This document shows, one piece after another, positions 19,080 to 28,888 of a stretch of 64,000 bases of DNA (within the stretch, counting starts at the first letter, position 1; each line of letters begins with the position of its first letter). Source of the stretch: Acidimicrobiia bacterium (GTDB taxonomy: Bacteria > Actinomycetota > Acidimicrobiia > Spongiisociales > JAHEDJ01); NCBI GenBank assembly GCA_029210695.1, contig JARGFH010000010.1, forward strand, positions 1,802 to 65,801. The letters are read 5' to 3'. The position numbers were made by a program, and so were the translations under genes. The notes below the pieces were generated by a model. That model was not told where the DNA came from. It saw only the letters and a list, made by a program, of their open reading frames with translations, and did no database searches.

Positions 19080-19778
19080 ATGAGTGTGTCCGAATACCCG
19101 TATACGAGCGAAGGCGACTTCGTTGCCTACGACGTGGGTCGATCCTCAGAGGAGACCATGCGAGGGGCCGCTCGTTCGTTTTTCGAACTCATGAACCGGC
19201 GCAGGTCGATCCGAACGTTCAGTTCAGATCCCGTTCCTCGCGACCTCATCGAACTCGCCGTCCTGGCGGCAGGTACCGCTCCATCGGGAGCACACCAGCA
19301 ACCCTGGACCTTCGTTGCCGTGGGTGATCCAGACCTCAAGCGACGGATTCGCCTGGCGGCCGAGGATGAGGAGCGGACTAACTATCTCGAAGGGCGGATG
19401 CCGGACGACTGGAAACGGGACGTCGCCCGACTCGGTACGTCTTGGCAGAAGCTCTTTCTCGAAGGCGCCCCCTGGTTGGTGGTCCTGTTCGAGCAACGCT
19501 ACGGGCTCGCCGATGACGGATCCCGGACAAAGCATTACTACGCAAAGGAATCCGTCGGCATTGCAGCCGGCCTGTTCATCACCGCGCTTCACACTATGGG
19601 CCTGGCGACGCTCACTCACACGCCCAGTCCGATGGCGTTCCTATCCAGACTTCTGGACCGCCCGGTCAACGAGCGACCCTTCGTGTTGTTCCCGATCGGG
19701 TATCCGGCGGAAGGATCGGTGGTGCCCAGACTCGATCGCAAGCCTCTGGCCGAGATCATGGTCGAGTGTGAGGCTTGA
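19080..19778 (+). CDS. nitroreductase family protein
   Basis: RRSIRTFSSDPVPRDLIELAVLAAGTAPSGAHQQPW matches the nitroreductase signature (RRS.R.F....V......l..A...APS..N.QPW). Confidence 0.7.
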   Translation: MSVSEYPYTSEGDFVAYDVGRSSEETMRGAARSFFELMNRRRSIRTFSSDPVPRDLIELAVLAAGTAPSGAHQQPWTFVAVGDPDLKRRIRLAAEDEERTNYLEGRMPDDWKRDVARLGTSWQKLFLEGAPWLVVLFEQRYGLADDGSRTKHYYAKESVGIAAGLFITALHTMGLATLTHTPSPMAFLSRLLDRPVNERPFVLFPIGYPAEGSVVPRLDRKPLAEIMVECEA

Positions 19779-20581
19779 GAATGGCCGGCTTCGTCGAGAT
19801 CAACGACCCGGCAGATGAAAGGTTGGACGACTACAGGGCGCTGCGGACGTCCGGCAGGCCCACCGAAACCGATTCCGGAGCATTCCTGTGCGAGGGGATC
19901 CGCGGAGTCGAGCGGTTGCTCGACTCCGACATGGTGATTCGGTCGGTGCTTGTAACAAGTACCAAGCTCGACAGACTCGGGTCGCGCCTCGCCGACCGTG
20001 ATGTGACGGTACTGGTCGCGTCGCAGGAGGTGCTCAACGCCACGGTCGGATTCAACATCCACCGTGGGGTGATCGCCTCGGCGTTGCGGCGCCCGTCGAT
20101 GGCGGTGCACGATCTGCTCTCTGGTTTCGGAACCGTGGCCGCCCTCGAAGGCATCAACGACCACGAGAATCTGGGGGCCATTTTCCGCAGCGCCCTGGCC
20201 CTCGGCATCGACGGCGTCATCCTCGACTCAGCGTGTGGCGACCCCTATTACCGGCGGGTTGTGCGGGTTTCCATGGGGGCCGCCTTCACTTTGCCGTTTG
20301 CCAGAATTGTGGCACCGGCCGATCTCGTCGATGTGCTGGATGGGGCCGCATTTGCCTCGATTGCGCTCACTCCCGATCCCACTGCGCTACCGATTGACCG
20401 GTTGGTGCTGGCGGAAGGGGAGCGTCCCGCCCTGCTGTTGGGGGCGGAGGGAGATGGGCTTCGTCGGGAGACGCTGGAGCGGGCGACCTACCGGGTGCGG
20501 ATCCCGATTCGTGAAGGGGTCGACTCGCTCAACGTCGGGCACGCGGCGGCGGTGGCGTTCCACCGCTTCGGGTCGGTCTAG
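19775..20581 (+). CDS. TrmH/SpoU family RNA 2'-O-methyltransferase
   Basis: ATGA overlap with the nitroreductase stop. ENLGAIFRSALALGIDGVILD and LLLGAEGDGL motifs of SPOUT methyltransferases. N-terminal substrate-binding region is present. Confidence 0.7.
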   Translation: MRMAGFVEINDPADERLDDYRALRTSGRPTETDSGAFLCEGIRGVERLLDSDMVIRSVLVTSTKLDRLGSRLADRDVTVLVASQEVLNATVGFNIHRGVIASALRRPSMAVHDLLSGFGTVAALEGINDHENLGAIFRSALALGIDGVILDSACGDPYYRRVVRVSMGAAFTLPFARIVAPADLVDVLDGAAFASIALTPDPTALPIDRLVLAEGERPALLLGAEGDGLRRETLERATYRVRIPIREGVDSLNVGHAAAVAFHRFGSV

Positions 20582-20585
20582 CCGG

Positions 20586-21647
20586 TTAGTTGGTGGAAGG
20601 GGGCCAGACCGGGTTCGAACAGTCTTCAAACGAATCGGCCATATCATTCGAACTCCCGCCACCGAAGGTGACGATCGGAGTTGATGCGGACCGATCCTCA
20701 GCTACACAGAACCAGGTCCCGGTCTCGCTGAACGTCACCAACAGCACCCGATCCGGCTCTGCGATGAATCCGACGACATCCGGTGTGGTCACCAGCGGCC
20801 CGTCCACGTACGAGACACTCGGTTCACGCAGGTCGAGTGTTTCGGTGGTCAAACCCGAGAAAGTGTCTTCGCCGGTATGGAACAACTGGGCGGCAATCAG
20901 AACGTCGTTGAGGTGGTTCTTGGCCCGGTCGTCTGCCAGCACATCGCCGGGAATGATCAGACCTTCTGCCGGGGGCACGATGGCAATCACGGCCCCGAGT
21001 TCGTTGATGCGGGCGGAGACCGTGACGGTTACGAAGCCGATGCCGTCGTCTGCAGTTGCGGCCATTTCAAAGGCGAGCACGAGTCCGTCTGCATCGACCC
21101 ACACATCCGTAGTACCTTCGAAGTCGACGGTGATGCCGAGCCCGGCGGCGAGCTGGTCGGCAACGACCGGCCCGGGGAAGATGGGGGGCCCCTCGAAGTG
21201 CGAGGCGACGCGCGCGGCGACCGTTTCCTCTCCGACATATTCGAATTCGCCGGCCGAGTTGGCGACTTCTGCATGGATTGCACCCAGCCAGGTCACGTCG
21301 TCGACCGTCTCGTCGATCGGCACAAACGGGCCCATGCCCGTGCGAGACAGAACCGAGCCATCTTCGAGGAAGTAGATTTCGCCCTGGGTGGTGACTCCGG
21401 CGGCGGTGATCTCGCCGTTGACGCGCGTCCGGCGGGGCTCGGCGGTATGCACTGCATTGGCGATGGATCCGACATCGCCGAAGGTCTCGCCCGCCTGGAA
21501 CGAGTAGGTGTAGGCAGTCGTGCTCGAGTACGAGTCGACGGCAGCCAGCCTGAAGACGTCGGGATCTGCTGCGACGGTCAGTGGCCTGGATTCGCCGCAT
21601 GCGGCGAGCACCAGGGTGATGGCAAGGGCGGACAGGAGGTAACGCAT
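20586..21647 (-). CDS. hypothetical secreted lipoprotein
   Basis: MRYLLSALAITLVLAACGE signal/lipobox. 353 aa. No recognised catalytic motif. Confidence 0.5.
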   Translation of the reverse strand: MRYLLSALAITLVLAACGESRPLTVAADPDVFRLAAVDSYSSTTAYTYSFQAGETFGDVGSIANAVHTAEPRRTRVNGEITAAGVTTQGEIYFLEDGSVLSRTGMGPFVPIDETVDDVTWLGAIHAEVANSAGEFEYVGEETVAARVASHFEGPPIFPGPVVADQLAAGLGITVDFEGTTDVWVDADGLVLAFEMAATADDGIGFVTVTVSARINELGAVIAIVPPAEGLIIPGDVLADDRAKNHLNDVLIAAQLFHTGEDTFSGLTTETLDLREPSVSYVDGPLVTTPDVVGFIAEPDRVLLVTFSETGTWFCVAEDRSASTPIVTFGGGSSNDMADSFEDCSNPVWPPSTN

Positions 21648-21696
21648 GTAACGCTCGGGGGTGGGAGGCCATGGAGTGTAGACCTCATCGGGATTC

Positions 21697-22098
21697 TTAC
21701 GGAAGTTGGAGCAATTGGATCGTGTTGCCGTCGGGATCGCTCAGTGTGGCGATCCGGCCTCCCCACGACTCGGACTCCGGAGGTCGGGTGAACGGAACAC
21801 CGAGTTTCTGGAGCCTCATGAACGACTCGGCGATGTCCTCAACCGCCAGGTTGATCATGAGTCGGAGCGGATCGGTGGCCCGGCCCCAGACTTCATCGTG
21901 CACTCCGATGGTCAACCGGAACGCCCCGAATTCGAACGAAACATGATCGGGGCGCCTGGTGGCAGGTTCGAGTCCGAGCGTGTGCTCGTAGAAGTTGGCC
22001 AGAGTGGCGAAGCGCGAGGATTCGGTCCAGATGATCACCCCGGCGGGGGTCGGCGCCGGCTCACTCACTCGCCCGGTCCGGGCCGTCGGTGCTCGCAT
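21697..22098 (-). CDS. VOC (glyoxalase/bleomycin-resistance) family protein
   Basis: About 125 aa. The beta-alpha-beta-beta-beta-like sequence (IIWTES...FYEHTLGLE...SFEFGAFRLTIGVHDE...PDGNTIQL) is typical of VOC-fold proteins. Start may be GTG about 22068. Confidence 0.5.
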   Translation of the reverse strand: MRAPTARTGRVSEPAPTPAGVIIWTESSRFATLANFYEHTLGLEPATRRPDHVSFEFGAFRLTIGVHDEVWGRATDPLRLMINLAVEDIAESFMRLQKLGVPFTRPPESESWGGRIATLSDPDGNTIQLLQLP

Positions 22099-22711
22099 CG
22101 TCGAGGTCGATGCCGAGGGATTTGGCCAGGTCCCGTAGCTGCCGCTCGAGGAGCGTGACCCGATCGACCAGGGAGTTGGTCGGAGGCGAGGCGGCCGGTT
22201 GGGCAGACTCCTCGAACCCTTCCACCAGCAGGGTTCGATACCGGTTCTCCTTCTGACCGGCCGCCCGGGGCAGGCGCTCGGCGAGAGGTATTGCCCTGGC
22301 CATCAGATCGTCGAGGACTACCTCGATCGCCTCCGGAGTTTTGGCGACTTCGAAGTAGCGCTCGGTCCGTCCCCGCAGTTCACCGGGGGTCTGCGGTCCT
22401 CGTAGGAGAAGCACCGCCAGGATCGCCAGTTGCTCGTCGTCTATCTCATAGGTGTCTTCTGCTCTGTGTAGGTACTTGGTGGTCCGGCCGCCGCTAGAAC
22501 GCGCCAGGCCGATCAGGCCCTTGGAGTCGAGAGAGCGCAGTGCCCGTTCGACGGTTAGCTCGTCGTACTCGACGACCGGCTGTCGGTTTGTTTTCTGGTT
22601 GCAGGCCGCCACCAGCGCGTTGACGGTCAACGGGTAATACTCGGGAGTCGTCCGTTCCTTCTCGACGAGGCAACCGAGGACCCGGGCTTCTTCGGGACTG
22701 AGTGATTCCAT
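22061..22711 (-). CDS. YceH/DUF480 (UPF0502) family protein
   Basis: N-terminus MESLSPEEARVLGCLVEKERTTPEYYPLTVNALVAACNQKTNRQPV closely matches the conserved DUF480/YceH N-terminal winged-helix region. Start set at this Met rather than the upstream track Met. Confidence 0.65.
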   Translation of the reverse strand: MESLSPEEARVLGCLVEKERTTPEYYPLTVNALVAACNQKTNRQPVVEYDELTVERALRSLDSKGLIGLARSSGGRTTKYLHRAEDTYEIDDEQLAILAVLLLRGPQTPGELRGRTERYFEVAKTPEAIEVVLDDLMARAIPLAERLPRAAGQKENRYRTLLVEGFEESAQPAASPPTNSLVDRVTLLERQLRDLAKSLGIDLDDASTDGPDRASE

Positions 22712-22799
22712 GGGTATCAAGCGTAGGCGTCGGTCGTGGCCCGACATAGTGGAGAGTTCGAGCTTAGGATCGCCATTCGTTTGTCCAGGAGGTCCATCC

Positions 22800-23600
22800 G
22801 TGTCTCGCGTCCGTATTGCCGTCCAGATTCATCCGCAGCAGGGTTCGTACGCTGCCATCCACGATGCCTTGAAAGAAGCAGAGGACCTGGGCGTGGATAT
22901 CGCCTACAACTGGGATCACTTCTATCCGCTCTACGGTGACCCCGACGGTCAACACTTCGAGGCATGGACGATGTTGGGTGCATGGGCGGAGCAGACCGAG
23001 CGAATCGAGATAGGGCCGCTCGTGACCTGTAACTCGTATCGCAATCCCCAGTTGCTCGCCGATATGGCGCGGACTGTGGACCACATTTCGAACGGCCGGC
23101 TGATCTTGGGTATCGGATCAGGATGGTTCGAGCGGGACTACGACGAGTACGGATACGAGTTCGGGACTGCGGTATCTCGCCTTCATGATCTCGGGGAGGC
23201 GCTGCCGCTGATCGAGCAACGGTGGGAGAAGCTCAACCCGGCCCCGACGCGGAAGATCCCGGTGCTGATCGGAGGTGGGGGAGAGAAGGTGACGTTGCGG
23301 CTCACCGCCCGCCACGCCGACGTGTGGCACTTCTTCCCGAAAGATCCGGCGGCGATGGCGCACAAGATGGCCATTCTCGACGGATGGTGTGAGAAGGAGG
23401 GCCGCTCGCCTGATGCGATCGAGCGGAGCGCCGGTGTTCACCCTCACCTGCTCGACAAGGGCCTTGCCGAAGCCGATGAGTATGTCGATCTGGGTGTTCG
23501 GCAGTTCACCCTTGGTGTCGGCGGGCCGGACTTCGATCTGGCGGCCGTCCCCCGGTGGCTCGAGTGGAGAGACCGAACCAACGAGCGATTGGCCGGCTAG
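22800..23600 (+). CDS. LLM-class (luciferase-like) flavin/F420-dependent oxidoreductase
   Basis: DIAYNWDHFYPLYGD, RIEIGPLVTCNSYRNPQLLA and LILGIGSGWFERDY motifs of LLM-class oxidoreductases. GTG start about 22800 (the track ORF begins upstream at 22710). Confidence 0.65.
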   Translation: MSRVRIAVQIHPQQGSYAAIHDALKEAEDLGVDIAYNWDHFYPLYGDPDGQHFEAWTMLGAWAEQTERIEIGPLVTCNSYRNPQLLADMARTVDHISNGRLILGIGSGWFERDYDEYGYEFGTAVSRLHDLGEALPLIEQRWEKLNPAPTRKIPVLIGGGGEKVTLRLTARHADVWHFFPKDPAAMAHKMAILDGWCEKEGRSPDAIERSAGVHPHLLDKGLAEADEYVDLGVRQFTLGVGGPDFDLAAVPRWLEWRDRTNERLAG

Positions 23601-23612
23601 GACTCCTTCTCC

Positions 23613-23663
23613 TTTTCTCCGCAATGTAATGGCGCGTGGTGATGCACTGCATTGCTGAGAAAA
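23613..23663. repeat. single copy of the palindromic REP-like element
   Basis: TTTTCTCCGCAATGTAATGGCGCGTGGTGATGCACTGCATTGCTGAGAAAA. Lies between the LLM gene stop (23600) and deoD (23717). Confidence 0.6.
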
Positions 23664-23716
23664 CAGGGGGCCACGCGATCGGGTAGGTTATCGCTCTACA
23701 CATTCCAGGAGGATGG

Positions 23717-24442
23717 GTGTCGACCCCACACATTGCCGCACAACCGGGCGATATCGCCGAAGCGATTCTGCTGCCGGGTGATCCATTGCGGGCCGAATAC
23801 ATTGCAGATACCTTCCTGTCGCAGGCCAAGCGGGTCACGGCCATCCGGAACATGCTCGGATTCACGGGCGAGTACGAAGGGATGCCCGTCTCAGTCATGG
23901 GCACCGGAATGGGCATTCCCTCAGCCTCGATCTACGTATCAGAGCTGATCAATGAGTACGGCGTTCGGCGTCTCGTTCGAGTCGGATCCTGCGGAGGGAT
24001 CGGAGCCGATGTGGCAGTCCGCGATGTCATCATCGCCCTGGGCGCATCAACCGACTCGGGTGTGAACCGCGCCAGATACGCCGGCTGGGACTACTCGGCA
24101 GTTGCGGACTTCGAGCTCGCGCGAACCGCGGTCCTGGCTGCCGGGCAAGCGGGGGTGCCCGTCCGGGTTGGAAATGTGCACTCGGCCGACCTGTTCTACA
24201 ACCCGAATCCGCAGGCGTTCGACGTTATGGACAAGATGGGGGTGCTGGCCGTCGAGATGGAAGCTGCCGGGATCTATGGAGCGGCCTCAGAAGCACGGGC
24301 GCGAGCGCTCACGATCCTCACGGTTTCCGACCATGTCCGCACTGGAGTATCGACCAGTCCGGAAGAACGCGAACGCAGTTTCGATGACATGGTTCGCATT
24401 GCGCTGGCCGGGCTCCTGCTCGATGCCCAACCGGCTCGCTGA
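23717..24442 (+). CDS. deoD: purine nucleoside phosphorylase, DeoD-type (PNP/UDP family)
   Basis: 241 aa. N-terminal [26 protein letters not shown], plus [15 protein letters not shown] and VRVGSCGGI motifs of hexameric PNP. Confidence 0.8.
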   Translation: MSTPHIAAQPGDIAEAILLPGDPLRAEYIADTFLSQAKRVTAIRNMLGFTGEYEGMPVSVMGTGMGIPSASIYVSELINEYGVRRLVRVGSCGGIGADVAVRDVIIALGASTDSGVNRARYAGWDYSAVADFELARTAVLAAGQAGVPVRVGNVHSADLFYNPNPQAFDVMDKMGVLAVEMEAAGIYGAASEARARALTILTVSDHVRTGVSTSPEERERSFDDMVRIALAGLLLDAQPAR

Positions 24443-24740
24443 ACCCGATCCGAAGGCCGTTGCGACCGGCCGTCGGACGGTTGGGGACCGGTTGCGGTTC
24501 GCGAAAATGACTACTCGACAGCACTCCCAACTCGTCGTACGATGAGGGTCTGATCGGGATACGTAGGCGGCTGACGAGCTGAAACAGAAAGGCTCTCACC
24601 GCCGGACCACGGCGATTGGTGAGTGGGCACCAGGCGGTGTTCACGAAAGGGAGGTCCCGGGATGCTGCGCAGCATTGCGGGGCCTCTCCGCGTGGGGACT
24701 CCCTCCGGCCGCCGTGCAGTCACTCAGCTTGTCTAGGCGG

Positions 24741-25670
24741 TCAGCGGCCGGTCGGATCGCCTACGGGCAGCGGCTGGACGAAGAGTCCCTCCGGAATCGG
24801 CGCTCCGACTCGGACGAGGGCAAGGTTCCAGGAGGGTGACGAACCCAGCGCCCACCGTAGCGTCGCAACGGTACCGCGCCCGACCAACCGCGACCCCGGG
24901 AGCCGGCGGACTCCCAGCATCCGGCGCAGCCGTAGTGGGATCGTGGCGACAGCTGCATTGAAGAGGAGTCGATATCCGGCTCTCTGCATCCTGGATAGCG
25001 GGGGGTGAACGAGGAAGGCAACCGTCTCTTGCATCCCCGGTGAAGGGGCAGCCTCGGGGTGGTTCGTGAGCCAGGACGACAACGAGGCGGCCTGGTCGGG
25101 GAGCGGGTCTGCGCGGAGCATCGATCCAACGGCCGTTTGCTCCGCTACGAAGGCATCGGCCTCGGCCGGAGAGAGGCGATCCCGTCCGAAGGTCTGGTAG
25201 GCGACGAGGAAGGAGTCGGTGAGGGCATTGTGAACCCACGCCGCGTATTCGGGGGTGCCCGCCGAATAGCGCCGACCTCTGGTGGAAGAGCCATGTACCG
25301 GACGGTGCGCAGTGCGGACGATTTCGATCGCCTGTTCAACCTCCGGATTTGCGCCGTAGCAGGTCGCCGTGACATAGGCAGAGGTCCGAGAGAGCCTGCC
25401 GAGAGGATCGGAACGGTAAGAGGAGTGATCGGCAACGCCGGCGACGACCTCGGGGTGGGCCGCCTGAATGAGCAACGCTCGAATGCCTCCGATGAACGCA
25501 GCAACGTCACCGACGACCCGCCACGTCACCGAGTCTGGTCCGAACAACCCGGGATCACCCCGATGCTCGAGGGTGGACGCCAGCGGATATCCGGCGTGAC
25601 TGAATGGCCCGGTAACACCGGCGGTCAGCCGGGTCCGGATTGACTCGAAGAGGTGCGCGGCGGGTGACAT
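24741..25670 (-). CDS. oxygenase MpaB/DUF2236 family protein
   Basis: 309 aa. Matches the general DUF2236 architecture (GPDSVTWRV...ALLIQAAHP...). Family assignment is from overall pattern, not a single motif. Confidence 0.55.
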   Translation of the reverse strand: MSPAAHLFESIRTRLTAGVTGPFSHAGYPLASTLEHRGDPGLFGPDSVTWRVVGDVAAFIGGIRALLIQAAHPEVVAGVADHSSYRSDPLGRLSRTSAYVTATCYGANPEVEQAIEIVRTAHRPVHGSSTRGRRYSAGTPEYAAWVHNALTDSFLVAYQTFGRDRLSPAEADAFVAEQTAVGSMLRADPLPDQAASLSSWLTNHPEAAPSPGMQETVAFLVHPPLSRMQRAGYRLLFNAAVATIPLRLRRMLGVRRLPGSRLVGRGTVATLRWALGSSPSWNLALVRVGAPIPEGLFVQPLPVGDPTGR

Positions 25671-25721
25671 GATCCTGTCAGCAGTGTTCCACGGCTGCTG
25701 CGCAACCGGGAATCCCGGCTG

Positions 25722-26105
25722 TCAGCCGGTGATGTGGGAGCGCGCCCACTCCATGGCTTCGATCTCAGAAGTGAAGATCTCGATCGGCCGTTTGGGCTCC
25801 GTGGCCAGGAACGCCTTCGCCATGGTCTGGCTGGCGCTCGAGCCCACGATGAGGGCGGTCGCCGACTCGGATGTCTCTTGTGTCGAGGCGCCGAACATCT
25901 GACGGGCGGCGCGTTCGGCATATCCAACGGCTCGCATGTCGACCACGGCGGGCGCAGGACGGCCATCGGTGAGCTCAAGGACGGCCGCCTGGACCGCGGC
26001 GGCGTCCTCCATCGTGATACTGAGGCCATGCTCGATGCGATGAACGAGCACGCCTTCGTCCGTCATCCACATCTCACCCAGCGGCGTCTGTACCCTATCC
26101 GGCAT
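25722..26105 (-). CDS. hypothetical protein (small, STAS-like?)
   Basis: 127 aa from MPDRVQTPLGEM. No assignable motif. Confidence 0.4.
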   Translation of the reverse strand: MPDRVQTPLGEMWMTDEGVLVHRIEHGLSITMEDAAAVQAAVLELTDGRPAPAVVDMRAVGYAERAARQMFGASTQETSESATALIVGSSASQTMAKAFLATEPKRPIEIFTSEIEAMEWARSHITG

Positions 26106-26246
26106 GGCTTGTCCCTCTCGGCCAAAACCAGACTGTAGCGACAATGGCACGAATTCTGGAAGATCGTCTCCAGAAAACCGGCCTCTGCCGATCCGGGCGG
26201 GGAGGTGCCGGGTAGGCTCGCGATCGTTCGTTTCGCAGGAGGGTTC

Positions 26247-27971
26247 ATGGCCGGCTGCACAGGTGGTGAGATAGTCGCCAGGATGCTTGCTGCCGAAGGT
26301 GTCGACACGGTATTCGGGATCATCGACGGAACGTACTTCGGCCTCTACTCGAGATTAGAGCAGTTCGGCATCCGGCTGATTTCGCCCCGGCACGAAACCT
26401 CTGCGTTGCACATGGCCGGAGCATATGCCCGCCTGACCGGGAGCCTCGGGGTGGCCATCGCCTCCAACGGCCCTGGGGTAGCTAATGCGCTCCCGGGAGT
26501 TGCAGTTGAGAACGGTGAAGGCAATCGCGTGCTTCTCATCACCTCGTCCCGCCGCGAGGGAATCGGGTATCCGGATCGGGGCGGGGCGTTCCAATACTTC
26601 GATCAAGTGGCCGTCACAAAACCGATGTGCAAATGGGCGGGGGCCGTCCCGAACCGGGACCGGATTCCGGAGTTCATGCGCCGGGCGTTCAGAACAACAT
26701 GGTCCGGCCGTCCAGGAGTCGTGCACGTCGATATCCCCGAGAGCGTGATGAACGGCAAAGGGAAGTTCGACCAGCGTGTAATCCGCTCTCCGGAGTCGTA
26801 TCGCCGTGTCCACTCGATCGAACCCGACCCAGTCCACATCGAGCAGGCAGCCAGGATGCTCACTGAAGCCCGGGCACCGCTGATCCATGCAGGGACCGGT
26901 GTGATCCATGCCCGTGCCTACGATGGATTGCGGAGCCTGGCCGAGCAACTAGATGCCCCGGTAACAACGAGTTGGGGAGGCAGGGGGGCGCTCGAGGAAA
27001 CACATCCACTGGCCATTCCGATGGTGCACCTCGACCTCTACCAGAAGCTGCGCAACAACGCCGACCTCGTCCTCGTCCTCGGATCGCGCCTCGGGGAGAC
27101 GGATTGGTGGGGCAAGCCACCCTACTGGTCTGCCGATCAGCGGGTGATTCAGGTCGACATCGACGATTCATCCATCGGCGTCAACAAGCCCGTCGACCTG
27201 GCGATCCTGGGCGACATCGGGTGGTTCCTTCAGCGGGTCGGGGAGGAACTCGGATCCGCCATTGAACGGCAGCCGGACATCTGGACGGCAGATCGCGCGG
27301 CCGACCGGGCCAAACTCGACAAGCGGCTCGAAAAGACCGGGGACGGTGTGAACCCCGGTGCGGTACCCCGCATCGCCCAGCAGACATTGCCCGACGACAC
27401 CGTATGGGTATTCGATGGGGGCAACACCACCGTCTGGTCGCATTTCTTCCATGAAACCAAGCACCCCAACTCGTTGGTGACAACCTTCAAGTTCGGGATG
27501 CTCGGAGCAGGCGTCGCCCAGGCTCTCGGGGCCCAGATCGCCTGCCCGGACAGAGTCGTGTGTTGCCTGATCGGTGACGGAGCAATGGGTTTTCATCCGC
27601 AAGAACTCGAGACGGCCGTCCGCAACCGGCTGCCCGTCATCTATGTGGTGTTCGTGGACCTCCAGTGGGGCATGGTCAAGATAAACCAGCAGTTCTCCCT
27701 GAAACCACTCAAGACGATCGTGCGCAAGTCGCTCGATGGGGACGAGACGATCAACGCTGACTTCTCTGAAATCCGGTTCGACGATCTCGCCCGCGCGATG
27801 GGAGCCCACGGCGAGCGGGTGTCCAGTATCGATGAGCTTGCACCTGCGCTCCAACGCTGCGTGGAGGCCGGGCTGCCCTCAGTCGTCCATGTCGACGTTG
27901 ATCCCGTCACTCACATGTGGGCACCGGCCTTGCGGACCTTCAGAGACATGCACCAGGAACCGTCTGGTTAG
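26247..27971 (+). CDS. thiamine-pyrophosphate-dependent enzyme (acetolactate-synthase large-subunit-like)
   Basis: ATG 26247 with AGGAGGG RBS. N-terminal Pyr domain (GGEIVARMLAAEGVDTVFGI), central domain and C-terminal TPP motif GDGAMGF...ELETAVRNRLPVIYVVF. Confidence 0.75.
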   Translation: MAGCTGGEIVARMLAAEGVDTVFGIIDGTYFGLYSRLEQFGIRLISPRHETSALHMAGAYARLTGSLGVAIASNGPGVANALPGVAVENGEGNRVLLITSSRREGIGYPDRGGAFQYFDQVAVTKPMCKWAGAVPNRDRIPEFMRRAFRTTWSGRPGVVHVDIPESVMNGKGKFDQRVIRSPESYRRVHSIEPDPVHIEQAARMLTEARAPLIHAGTGVIHARAYDGLRSLAEQLDAPVTTSWGGRGALEETHPLAIPMVHLDLYQKLRNNADLVLVLGSRLGETDWWGKPPYWSADQRVIQVDIDDSSIGVNKPVDLAILGDIGWFLQRVGEELGSAIERQPDIWTADRAADRAKLDKRLEKTGDGVNPGAVPRIAQQTLPDDTVWVFDGGNTTVWSHFFHETKHPNSLVTTFKFGMLGAGVAQALGAQIACPDRVVCCLIGDGAMGFHPQELETAVRNRLPVIYVVFVDLQWGMVKINQQFSLKPLKTIVRKSLDGDETINADFSEIRFDDLARAMGAHGERVSSIDELAPALQRCVEAGLPSVVHVDVDPVTHMWAPALRTFRDMHQEPSG

Positions 27972-27979
27972 GAGAAGTG

Positions 27980-28888
27980 GTGATCGATCAGGTTGAGCTG
28001 AACTTCAACGAGGCAACGCTGACGTTGCTGAACATCCTGATCGGCCTCATCATGTTCGGGGTGGCGCTCGATATCCGGTTGGAGGACTTCCGGCGCGTTG
28101 TGCGCGATCCACGAGGGCCGCTCATCGGGCTAGGGGCGCAGTTCCTCCTGCTCCCTGCGTTCACGTTCCTGTTGACCAGGATCATCGACCCGGCGCCGTC
28201 TATTGCACTCGGGATGATTCTCGTGGCTGCCTGCCCTGGGGGGAACTTCTCCAACTTCCTCGCCCATCATGCCGGTGCGAACGCGGCGCTCAGCGTCAGC
28301 ATGACGGCGGTCTCGACCGCGCTCGCCGTCTTCATGACTCCCCTCAATCTGGCCTTCTGGGGCGGACTCAACGAAGGCACCGCCGCCATCCTGACCGCGG
28401 TCGACCTCGAACCTATCGACCTGCTACTCACCATTCTCCTCATTCTTGGAATTCCCCTGGTCGCCGGGATGTGGGTAGCAGCGCGTTTTCCGACCCTGAC
28501 GGCCCGGCTACGCCGCCCGATGAAGGTTTTCTCCCTGGCCGCCTTCGGCCTCTTCATCGTCGGAGCGCTGGCGGCCAACTGGCAGCAGTTCATGGACCAC
28601 ATCGGCGCGGTGGTTATCGCCGTGTTCCTCCACAACGGCTTCGCGATCCTGCTCGGCTACTGGTCGGCCCGCGGCTTGAAGTCCCCGAGATACGATGCGC
28701 GGGCGATAGGGATCGAGGTCGGCATCCAGAACTCGGCGCTCGGGCTCATTCTCATCTTCACGTTCTTCGAGGGCCTGGGTGGGATGGCCATCGTGGCGGC
28801 CTGGTGGGGGGTCTGGCATCTCATCTCGGGTCTCACCATTTCGACCTGGTGGTCCAGGCGGCCGGTTCCCATCCCGCAGGCGGCATGA
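27980..28888 (+). CDS. bile acid:sodium symporter (BASS) family transporter
   Basis: GTG start just after the upstream stop, with GGAGAAG RBS. MILVAACPGGNFSNFLAHHAGANAALSVSMTAVSTALAVFMTP matches the BASS signature region. About 9 TM helices. Confidence 0.7.
   Translation: MIDQVELNFNEATLTLLNILIGLIMFGVALDIRLEDFRRVVRDPRGPLIGLGAQFLLLPAFTFLLTRIIDPAPSIALGMILVAACPGGNFSNFLAHHAGANAALSVSMTAVSTALAVFMTPLNLAFWGGLNEGTAAILTAVDLEPIDLLLTILLILGIPLVAGMWVAARFPTLTARLRRPMKVFSLAAFGLFIVGALAANWQQFMDHIGAVVIAVFLHNGFAILLGYWSARGLKSPRYDARAIGIEVGIQNSALGLILIFTFFEGLGGMAIVAAWWGVWHLISGLTISTWWSRRPVPIPQAA

Noticed and set aside
24443-24740. 300-bp gene-free stretch between convergent deoD and the MpaB-family gene: considered tRNA, SRP RNA or a riboswitch
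   Set aside because: No tRNA T-arm (GGTTCGA) or SRP domain-IV (GGAAGGAAGCAGC-like) motif found. It lies at 3' ends, not upstream of a gene. It contains only a degenerate half-copy of the REP-like element (24662-24680).
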